From the human T2T-CHM13v2.0 reference genome, Homo sapiens, in assembly GCF_009914755.1 (NCBI RefSeq), contig NC_060932.1: DNA of 64,000 bases; one strand, given 5' to 3'. The position numbers and the translations under genes were made by a program. Under the pieces are notes generated by a model. The model saw only the letters and a list, made by a program, of their open reading frames with translations. It was not told the DNA's origin and searched no databases. Of the stretch, positions 1 through 10,421 are shown piece by piece. Numbering within the stretch: position 1 is the stretch's first letter; every line of letters begins with the position of its first letter.

Positions 1-150
1 CAATTGACCTGGAAGGATCGTGGAGTCCCTGACCCCAAGAAGGCAAGAAAGAGGGGTTCCCCGATTTCCTCCCGCAGACGGGAAGCTGAAAGGAAATCAA
101 CCAGGGTGACCTAGAGGAGAAAAAGACCAGGGGCCCGGGGTGACACTCGC

Positions 151-1534
151 CGTCAGATAATCAGAAGATTCCGTGGATCCTTTTCCATTCGGCAGCGGCT
201 TCTCTGGAGGTTTCCCGGAAAACATGTGGAGGAGAGCCTTCCTCTGCGGGTCTTGTTGCCTGCAGAACAGAAGAAGGTCAGGCCGTGCCCCCTGGTTTTC
301 CCCAGGAGACAGGGAGAACCCCGTCTGGGGCCCAGCCCCATTCCGTGTTTTGTGATACAGAAATGGACATCTGGTGCCCTTTCCGCCTCTGCACCTTCCC
401 TCACGTGCCAACCTTCCCATCCTCCAGGTGGCCCTCTAGGCTTCCCAACTAAGGACTGTGATTTGGATTCCATCGCTTTTCCCCCTGTCGTGGGGAACCT
501 GCACGAAGCGCCCCCGCCTCTCCCCGTCCCTGAATCTCCCAGAGCCCAAGGAGCTCCTGGGTGTGGAGCCCCGGAGGACACGGAGCTCCGGCCTATTTCT
601 CTGCAGCGTTCCTTCCCTGGCCCGGAGACGGAAAGGCACACGGTGTGCAGGTGCAGAGACACCATGTCCTTAGGAGGCAGTACCCTAAGAGTGGTGAAAA
701 CCCCTCCCACTGCTCACCTTGGTCTCTCTTCCTTCTCTCCCTTATCCTTGTTCAAGGGCCCCGGGTTGGCTTCACCCCGGGGCTTCCATGGTTTCAGGTT
801 TTCCTTCCCTTCCTTTTTCCCCAAGGTCGCTGGAACCAGGGCTGCCTTCCAGCACTTCATGGGGCACCTGGTACTTCTGGCCGTGTGGCCAAAGGCCCCG
901 CAGTTTTTGCACTTGAGCTGTGGGTGGAAAGGAAGTGATGTCAGTGAGTGAGCTGAAGCCACAGACAGCGATCCCACGTCAACATTGGGACGGATTGTGA
1001 ATTCAGAGCTGAATAAGGATTCCAAAGAGGGGACACCGGCATGGGGGCCGTTAAGTGCTGGGAGAGTTCGGATACGATGTTCCCTCGCAAAGCCCACGGG
1101 ACGGAGGAACTCTGAAAGGAAGGACTCAAGGTTCCAAGGGGCACGATGGTGAAGCCGATGTCAACAACGCAGCCAAACGTGGCTACACAGGACTCTAAGT
1201 AGAAAGGGAGGTTGCCCCCAAGAGTCTCTCAAGGGACCTATCGGGCCGGGGAGAAGGTCCCAAGCCACGCCTACCTTGGATGGGAAAAGCAACCTGGCTG
1301 GTGGTGACAGAACTCTTTGGAATCCAACCCAGTCTCTGAGGACCGTGTGACAGCCCCTCCCCCCGTCCCCACCCCCACCCCGATACCCAAGAGATCCAGG
1401 GCTAGACTTACCCTGGGATCTTCTTCATCGGGCGGGGGAGCCCTTGGCCCAACTGGGGCCCTCCGCTGCTTCTGGAGGGTCTGGGCTCTCACCAGTCTCT
1501 TGGCCCAAGATTTGGGGTCCCGACGTGCCATCAT
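151..1534 (-). CDS. FAM90A: FAM90A family gene, copy A, partial (exons 1412-1534, 718-917, 151-259; last exon outside the window)
   Basis: MMARRDPKSWAKRLVRAQ... N-terminus and LKCKNCGAFGHTARSTRC zinc knuckle. Splice sites read from sequence: AGG|gtaagt, cag|CTC, AAG|gtgagc, cag|GCA. The individual paralog number cannot be assigned. Confidence 0.9.
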
Positions 1535-2686
1535 CTTCGTCTCCTGGGGGTTTTATGACCGCCTTTTTCAGGGGTGGACTGTTGGGCCACCTGAAACACA
1601 CACAAACACACACATGTCGATGGTTAAGCACGTTGGATATTCACACACCCACAGGAAGCCACCTGCTAACTCCCTGCCTGTGTGGTCATGAGGAGACCTC
1701 ACCACCAGTCGGTCAAATCTGTAGAACACAATGTGCTGTGTGCATCCTCGGATACTGTGTGTTCCTCTGCCATGACTACCTAGTCCAAGAGTAAACCCCA
1801 CCTGCCACAGGGCCCGTGGCCTAGGTATGGGGGGTTGAGCTTTCAACCCCAAACAAACAACTGATTCTGGAGACTGGACTTAGGTCTCTCACGATTCACT
1901 CCGGTAGAAGACACGGTGATTCTATCTCCCTTGACGGACAGAATGATCGAAGACACAGGGCATGGCGTGTGCCACCCTTTGGCAGGTCTGCTTGAAGTCA
2001 CGGATAAGGGATGCTTCCTGTGACAACTTGAATCGCTACTCTTGCCATTTCATTAGGCAACTTCCAAACACAAATTCATACAGAGAAGTTACCTTCCTCT
2101 CTACCGCACTAGCAGGTGATGGTCTTTCCTGTTCTATCTTTTGGCTTTAGCTCCAGCACCTCTTTGTTTATTTTCCTGGTATTTTACGCATACCACACGA
2201 ATTCATCTGAACAAACGGGGAAGAAGTGCCGTATCGTATCGACGTCTTACACGGCTGAAGGGCAAACCCCCCTTTTTTCCAAAGTCCTTTTTCCGTTTAC
2301 CCACCAATTCAGCATGCTGCAGTACATTTCTTTTCGCATTCCCATCTTGGTCTTCTCCCACACGTGGAGACGGGTATGTTTTCTCGTTTTCTGTTCCAAG
2401 AATTACTAGTAACGAGAACACATCCTACCCCACCAGCAAGCCCCAGTGTGATCGGTTTCTTTCGGCCTCCTTTGTCTCTTCCTCCCCCACACCCCCCGCA
2501 AAAACCCCTCAGGGATTGCGTGAAACAAACAATTGTTCAGCGAAACTAACCTGAAATTACACGTCTACTTTCTTTCCCAGGCTGGCGCTGAGATGGGCAG
2601 GTGCTGCAGCAGCCCGGCTGGAAGCGATGCAGCATCCAGGACGACGGAGGAAGGGGCGGAGAGGGACCTCTGCTTTCCAGGCTGCC

Positions 2687-2775
2687 TTTTATACTGCCTC
2701 TGGTCACCTGACATGGAACGTACCCTAACCTAATCAGTTACCTGTACCTTAATTGCAATTAACTTAATCCAATTA
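2687..2775 (-). promoter_or_regulatory. FAM90A copy A promoter: TATA box (TATAAAA on minus, 2687-2693) plus DUX4-type motifs (TAACCTAATCA 2726-2736, TAATCCAATTA 2765-2775)
   Basis: Motifs seen directly. TAAYCYAATCA is the DUX4 consensus. The TATA points toward the FAM90A exons, with a candidate first donor cag|gttagt at 2550. Confidence 0.65.
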
Positions 2776-4523
2776 CATGACCTGGAAAGGTCTATCTGCA
2801 CAGCCCACTCTAAGATCCTGTCCACTGCTGACAGACATTCTAAAACCTACTTGTACAGCTGCAAGCTTTGAACAATAGATGTTCCCCGTCAGACATGTAA
2901 CACTGGTGCCTGTACCCCTGTCTTCTTTTCCATCTTTTTTGTTGTTTTGTTTTGTTTCGTTTTAAAAAATGTGGTAAAATAGACACCTTTTAATTGGACC
3001 ACATTTTGTCTCTCTCGACGTAGGCCTCAGTGTCATCAAGGAGACTCTGCTTGACATGCAGTCACGGCCATGATCCATCTTCAGAGCTTCTCTTTCTTCC
3101 CCAAGGTAAGTCTGTCAGCAGAGAACCCTGACCGCACCCTCATGTGTTTTCTCCCCCAGGAGGCGCTTGGAAACCACCGTGAATTGGACCGCACTGGGAA
3201 ACACAGATGAGGAAAGTCAACAACGCTTTGTCCTTCAGTGCCTGGCTCCTTTTTCAGCTCGTCTTGCGACTCCAGGCATTATGCCTGAAAAGTCTCCCGG
3301 ACGCCTGTGAGGCTGTAATTCCCTGGGTCCCATTGCCATGTCTCTGGATTTGCGAAGATCCACCGCACCTTCTGTGGAACTCCCGTGTCGGTGAACTTTT
3401 GTGCCACGGCCCCTAATTCTGCCCATGGTCATCCGCACCTGCACGACTTAGGGTCCATGTTCCTTGGACGGGAAGAGACAGGCAGGAGTCGGAATGATGA
3501 ACCAGCACACTGGGGCGTTTTCTCATGTAGCCCAAGTGACCCCATGGTCTTCTCGAGCTTTGGAACCAGTCGCGTCCCCTTTGACACTGCACCCGGCTCC
3601 CAGTCTCTCAATCTTGTTGGCCCTCCGGCGATCTCCCGTTGGATGGATTGCTCCTGCTGAAACTCGAGTCCCCTTTGATTTGCGCTTCATTAATTATTCA
3701 TGATTCAGGTTGGAAGGCCTGCTGACGACCCCCTGTGGCCGTTCTCTGAGCTTTCCTGTCACATCGTTTCCTTCCACGCTCTTTGGTTCCTTATGGTCCT
3801 GCTCCTTCTGCTGTCAGAGGAGCAGAGAGTTGATCTTATTCATTCTGGATACGGATACTTTCTAGTTGATCTGGATAATCAAGATAACGACCCTCAACAG
3901 CGGCGGAAAGGGAGCAGCCAGTTGGTGTGTCTCAGAAAATCCCGCTGAGTTCCGAGGCCTCCTAGATGTGGAATCCTGCTGAGAGTTGTTCCCAGGTCAG
4001 AGAATGGAGAGAGCCTGTGCATGATGGGATATCCCCGCCTAGATCTTTCAGTGAGTCTCTGCCTCAGCTACTCTTAGGATCAGGGGGAGAACCATGGTGT
4101 CAGACATCCGGAAAGAAGACGGGATGAATGTTTTACCTCTGAAGTACATCCCAAATGTGGGAGTTAACTTCAGCTTTGCTGGGGTCTATTTGGCCAGTGA
4201 AACTCTGCCTGGTTCCTTCGCACATCCGGAAGCCACTTCACGGGGGGCCGTCGCAACTGGAACCACACACTTGGCATCGGCGGTTGAGCCAAATGGGGAC
4301 TCGTGGTGCAAGCAACGCTCCCCACGTGTTAGCGTGCGTGAGATTCGGTTGGCGGAATTTTACTAGGTGCGTGTTGGTAGAGTGGGGCTGAGGTTTTCTT
4401 GCTCCTGTGGATGTATAGGAAGTCAAAGGTCCTGCCCAGCCCTGCGGTCCCCTCAGTCAACTCCGTTTCGGAGACGTAACGATTTGGATTGCCAACAAGT
4501 CAAGAAATGTTCAAGCCCTTGGA

Positions 4524-5555
4524 TGTAGGGTAAAGAAAGAGAGATCAGACTGTCACTGTGTCAATGTAGAAGGGGAAGACATAAGAGACTCCATTTTGAA
4601 AAAGACCTGTACTTTAAACAATTGCTTTACTGAGATGTTGATCATTTGTAGCTTTGCCGCAGCCCCTTCCTTTGACCCAACTTAGAGCTCACAAAAACCT
4701 GTGTTGTATAAAATCGAGGTTTAAGGGATCTAGGGCTGTGCAGGACGCGCCTTGTTAACCAAATGTTTACGAGCAGTATACTTGGTAGAAGTCATTGCCA
4801 TTCTCTAGCCTCAATAAACCAGGGGCGCAATGCACCGTGGAAAGCCACAGGGACCTCTGCCCTTGAAAGCAGGGTATTGTCCAAGGTTTCTCCCCATGTG
4901 ACAGTCTGAAATATGGCCTCGTGGGATGGGAAAGTCCTGAATGTCCCCCAGCCTGACACCCGCAATGGGTCTGTGCTGAGGTGGATTAGTCAAAGAGGAA
5001 CGCCTCTTGCAGTTCAGATGGAGGAAGGCCACTGTCTCCTGCTTGCCCCTGGGAACTGAATGTCTCGGTGTAAAGCCCGATCGTTCATTTGTTCAACTCT
5101 GAGCTCGGAGAAAAGCTGCCCTGTGGCGGGAGGCGAGACATGTTGGCAGTAATGCTGCCTTGTTATTCTTTACTCCGCTGAGATATTTGTGTGGAGAGAA
5201 ACATAAATCTGGCCTACGTGCACGTCCAGGCATAGTACCTTCCCTTGAACTTAATAATGATATGGATTCTTTTGCTCACGTGTTTGTTTTTTGTTGTTGT
5301 TTTGACCTTCCCCTTATTATCACCCTGCTCCCCTACTGCATTCCTTTGTGCTGAAATAATGAAAATCATAATCAATAAAAACTGAGGGAACTCAGAGGCC
5401 GGTGCCGGTGCAGGTCCTAGGTGTGCTGAGTGCCGGTCCCCTGGACCCACTGTTGTCTCCCTATACTTTGTCTCTGTGTCTTATTTCTTTTCTCCGTCTC
5501 TCATCCCACCCGACTAGAAACACCCACAGGTGTGGAGGGGCAGGCCACCCCTTCA
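4524..5555 (+). mobile_element. HERV-K(HML-2) solo LTR (LTR5, likely LTR5A/B)
   Basis: TGTAGGG...AAGAAAGAGAGATCAGACTG start, GGCCACCCCTTCA end, internal AATAAA, and a 6-bp target-site duplication CTTGGA (4518-4523 and 5556-5561). Confidence 0.92.
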
Positions 5556-5623
5556 CTTGGAAAATCAGTTACACACAAACACGGAATGAGAGTCAAAAGA
5601 CAATATGTCATCTTTTTGAGAAT

Positions 5624-5629
5624 TTTATT
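5624..5629 (-). terminator. Candidate polyadenylation signal AATAAA of FAM90A copy B
   Basis: tttatt on the + strand ~540 bp past the stop codon; repeated in each unit. Confidence 0.55.
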
Positions 5630-6169
5630 CACTTCAAAACACATTAAACACACATATGTACAAAGGCATTCCAGAGCCCAGTTTTCGAGGCTGAGGAAAG
5701 ACCCCGAGAGCGCTTCGCACAGCACGCTTCCCAGCGTCCGAAACTCTGCTCTCAGGGCGGGGCACAGCGGAAGGGCTGCACCTCTCAGGGTTCCCTAACT
5801 TTTCCCTTATTCAGTCATCTAGAGAGCAAATACACAGTAATTCCCCAGTTTCCTATTGACGTCCCAGCGGAAGTCTGACTCCTGCGCGTCACGCAGTTTC
5901 TGAGGCAACGAATCTCTGGCACGGAAGCTTTTCCTGGCGCGTTTCCGGAGAACCACGCCAACTACAACGTCCCTCACCAGAATTCAATGAGGCAGAGTCC
6001 CTACATCTGCTCCCTGCCTGGCCTGGGCTCCCACATCCACAGAAGCGCCACAGCCGGGGAGCTTCGGAGTCACCGCACAGAGTGTGCTCTCTGCTCTGCG
6101 CTCCTCAGCCCCACAGTCCCCTCCAAGTCACGGGAGCTGGAGGCCAAGGAGCCCCTGCCACCTGCAGTC

Positions 6170-9100
6170 TCACTCCAGGTCAGAATCGCTGTCCTCTGAG
6201 GAGGAGGAAACCTGAAGGTCCTCATAGAGGACGCTCGGTGGGACACGAACACAGGGAGCCTCAGACTTCTCTGACACATGAGGGCTCTGAGCGAGGAAGG
6301 CTCCCGGCTTCTCAGGAGAGTGAAATGAGGGGGCCGCCAGGAGGCTGGAGCTCCAGCGTCCGTTTTCCAGTCTCCGGAAGAGCACTCTGAGAGGCTGGGC
6401 CCCATCATGGCTGGCCGCTGAGTGATGGGACATGGTGCAGGCCTGGGCAGTAGGCAGGCAAGGTGTGCTGTGCGGAGGCTGCCGGTCGACGCTGGGCACC
6501 TGGGCCGGTGTCCTCCTGCCCATCTGGGGCGACGTACTTGGTCCAAGTTCGGTTGCGGCTGGCGGAGGTTGGAGATTCTCCGGGGCCCCCAGCTCACCTC
6601 CCTGGATGGCGCTTTCGGGGATCTGGAAGGGACCCAGTCTCGGTTTCTTGGGGAAGTTCAGGCAAGCCTGAATCGGAGCCTGGGCAGGTCTCTTGGCTCC
6701 TGGCCCGAAGCTGAGATTGGAGCCTAGGCCCAAGCTGTGTGTGGCGGCTGGCGGGCAGGGCTGAGAGGACACAGCAGGACGTTTGTCTTGTGCCTGGGGT
6801 CTGGCGGCCTGGAGCAGACCGTGGGTTTTGGAGGCAGCCTGGGGAACTTCTCGGCAGCCACCCTCAGGGCTGCTGTGTGTCGGCTTCACCACGAGGAGAG
6901 GCTCGCGGCCCTGGTGCCTGACTGCAGGCTGAGGCATGTCGGCCGCAGCCCCTGTCTGTCTTTCCTTTGGTCCAAGACTTGAGGAGGAGCTCAGGCTGGC
7001 TTTTCTGAGGGGAGACAGTGAAGCCAAGACGGAGCCCCTGCCAGACATTGCGGTAGCTGAGCGATCAGTGAGGACAGGGTCCAAGCGCGGCCTCTTACTG
7101 GTTGTGTGGACCGGCATTGGCCCGCTTGCAACCTGAAAGAGAGGAAACAACACAGGTTAGAAGTTCCTCAGCATGGAGCCAACGTGAAAATCAAGCACAT
7201 CCAAAGACAAGGGGCACACGCCATGAAATTCTTAGTACAGTATCGACAGGCGGTCCTTGGAAGTAGGGACAGACCCTCCACCTGAGTGCTGATCAGGACA
7301 AGACACATGAAAGATGCGCTCTCGAGCTATGTGTAGCTGATCTAAGCACACCATTGTTCAAAAGATCGCGTCTTGGGCATTAACTGGATCAAAGCGCCTC
7401 CACTCAGCCTTCCATGAAGTGGAACGGACTAATGCCCTTCCCAAGGCAGGTTGCTGGCTCAAGGGTACTCGGGACGTCTTCTCTGAACACATGCATGTTC
7501 CTGGGTTTCGCCTTCTCCACGTTTGGGGCCTCTGAGGGACTAATTTCCTCATGCCGCTAGGAACGTGTTGTTGGCAGGCTTGCCATAATTGGACAGAAAG
7601 AAAGCCACAGGAAATACGGCATGTTCAGATGCCTTCGCCTGGAATCCAATTGACCTGGAAGGATCGTGGAGTCCCTGACCCCAAGAAGGCAAGAAAGAGG
7701 GGTTCCCCGATTTCCTCCCGCAGACGGGAAGCTGAAAGGAAATCAACCAGGGTGACCTAGAGGAGAAAAAGACCAGGGGCCCGGGGTGACACTCGCCCTC
7801 AGATGATCAGAAGATTCCGTGGATCCTTTTCCATTCGGCAGCGGCTTCTCTGGAGGTTTCCCGGAAAACATGTGGAGGAGAGCCTTCCTCTGCGGGTCTT
7901 GTTGCCTGCAGAACAGAAGAAGGTCAGGCGGTGCCCCCTGGTTTTCCCCAGGAGACAGGGAGAACCCCGTCTGGGGCCCAGCCCCATTCCGTGTTTTGTG
8001 ATACAGAAATGGACATCTGGTGCCCTTTCCGCCTCTGCACCTTCCCTCACGTGCCAACCTTCCCATCCTCCAGGTGGCCCTCTAGGCTTCCCAACTAAGG
8101 ACTGTGATTTGGATTCCATCGCTTTTCCCGCTGTCGTGGGGAACCTGCACGAAGCGCCCCCGCCTCTCCCCGTCCCTGAATCTCCCAGAGCCCAAGGAGC
8201 TCCTGGGTGTGGAACCCCGGAGGACACGGAGCTCCGGCCTATTTCTCTGCAGCGTTCCTTCCCTGGCCCGGAGACGGAAAGGCACACGGTGTGCAGGTGC
8301 AGAGACACCATGTCCTTAGGAGGCAGTACCCTAAGAGTGGTGAAAACCCCTCCCACTGCTCACCTTGGTCTCTCTTCCTTCTCTCCCTTATCCTTGTTCA
8401 AGGGCCCCGGGTTGGCTTCACCCCGGGGCTTCCATGGTTTCAGGTTTTCCTTCCCTTCCTTTTTCCCCAAGGTCGCTGGAACCAGGGCTGCCTTCCAGCA
8501 CTTCATGGGGCACCTGGTACTTCTGGCCGTGTGGCCAAAGGCCCCGCAGTTTTTGCACTTGAGCTGTGGGTGGAAAGGAAGTGATGTCAGTGAGTGAGCT
8601 GAAGCCACAGGCAGCGATCCCACGTCAACATTGGGACGGATTGTGAATTCAGAGCTGAATAAGGATTCCAAAGAGGGGACACCGGCATGGGGGCCGTTAA
8701 GTGCTGGGAGAGTTCGGATACGATGTTCCCTCGCAAAGCCCATGGGACGGAGGAACTCTGAAAGGAAGGACTCAAGGTTCCAAGGGGCACGATGGTGAAG
8801 CCGATGTCAACAACGCAGCCAAACGTGGCTACACAGGACTCTAAGTAGAAAGGGAGGTTGCCCCCAAGAGTCTCTCAAGGGACCTATCGGGCCGGGGAGA
8901 AGGTCCCAAGCCACGCCCACCTTGGATGGGAAAAGCAACCTGGCTGGTGGTGACAGAACTCTTTGGAATCCAACCCAGTCTCTGAGGACCGTGGGACACC
9001 CCCTCCCCCCGTCCCCACCCCCACCCCGATACCCAAGAGATCCAGGGCTAGACTTACCCTGGGATCTTCTTCATCGGGCGGGGGAGCCCTTGGCCCAACT

Positions 9101-9180
9101 GGGGCCCTCCGCTGCTTCTGGAGGGTCTGGGCTCTCACCAGTCTCTTGGCCCAAGATTTGGGGTCCCGACGTGCCATCAT
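6170..9180 (-). CDS. FAM90A: FAM90A family gene, copy B, complete 464 aa (exons 9058-9180, 8364-8563, 7797-7905, 6170-7132)
   Basis: Exons of 123+200+109+963 nt splice in frame to 464 aa with no internal stop, ending ...LYEDLQVSSSSEDSDSDLE*. Intron 3 has a GC donor. Confidence 0.9.
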
Positions 9181-10332
9181 CTTCGTCTCCTGGGGGTTTT
9201 ATGACCGCCTTTTTCAGGGGTGGACTGTTGGGCCACCTGAAACACACACAAACACACACATGTCGATGGTTAAGCACGTTGGATATTCACACACCCACAG
9301 GAAGCCACCTGCTAACTCCCTGCCTGTGTGGTCATGAGGAGACCTCACCACCAGTCGGTCAAATCTGTAGAACACAATGTGCTGTGTGCATCCTCGGATA
9401 CTGTGTGTTCCTCTGCCATGACTACCTAGTCCAAGAGTAAACCCCACCTGCCACAGGGCCCGTGGCCTAGGTATGGGGGGTTGAGCTTTCAACCCCAAAC
9501 AAACAACTGATTCTGGAGACTGGACTTAGGTCTCTCACGATTCACTCCGGTAGAAGACACGGTGATTCTATCTCCCTTGACGGACAGAATGATCGAAGAC
9601 ACAGGGCATGGCGTGTGCCACCCTTTGGCAGGTCTGCTTGAAGTCACGGATAAGGGATGCTTCCTGTGACAACTTGAATCGCTACTCTTGCCATTTCATT
9701 AGGCAACTTCCAAACACAAATTCATACAGAGAAGTTACCTTCCTCTCTACCGCACTAGCAGGTGATGGTCTTTCCTGTTCTATCTTTTGGCTTTAGCTCC
9801 AGCACCTCTTTGTTTATTTTCCTGGTATTTTACGCATACCACACGAATTCATCTGAACAAACGGGGAAGAAGTGCCGTATCGTATCGACGTCTTACACGG
9901 CTGAAGGGCAAACCCCCCTTTTTTCCAAAGTCCTTTTTCCGTTTACCCACCAATTCAGCAGGCTGCAGTACATTTCTTTTCGCATTCCCATCTTGGTCTT
10001 CTCCCACACGTGGAGACGGGTATGTTTTCTCGTTTTCTGTTCCAAGAATTACTAGTAACGAGAACACATCCTACCCCACCAGCAAGCCCCAGTGTGATCG
10101 GTTTCTTTCGGCCTCCTTTGTCTCTTCCTCCCCCACACCCCCCGCAAAAACCCCTCAGGGATTGCGTGAAACAAACAATTGTTCAGCGAAACTAACCTGA
10201 AATTACACGTCTACTTTCTTTCCCAGGCTGGCGCTGAGATGGGCAGGTGCTGCAGCAGCCCCGCTGGAAGCGATGCAGCATCCAGGACGACGGAGGAAGG
10301 GGCGGAGAGGGACCTCTGCTTTCCAGGCTGCC

Positions 10333-10421
10333 TTTTATACTGCCTCTGGTCACCTGACATGGAACGTACCCTAACCTAATCAGTTACCTGTACCTTAATT
10401 GCAATTAACTTAATCCAATTA
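10333..10421 (-). promoter_or_regulatory. FAM90A copy B promoter: TATA plus DUX4-type motifs (TAACCTAATCA 10372-10382)
   Basis: Same motif block as copy A. Confidence 0.65.

Noticed and set aside
226-951. 241-264 aa + strand ORF repeated in each unit
   Set aside because: Antisense to FAM90A exons and introns in GC-rich DNA, with no recognisable domain; recurrence just reflects the tandem array.
6170-7153. 327-aa ORF as a standalone gene
   Set aside because: It is the FAM90A last exon; the first seven residues are intron (acceptor tttcag at 7133).
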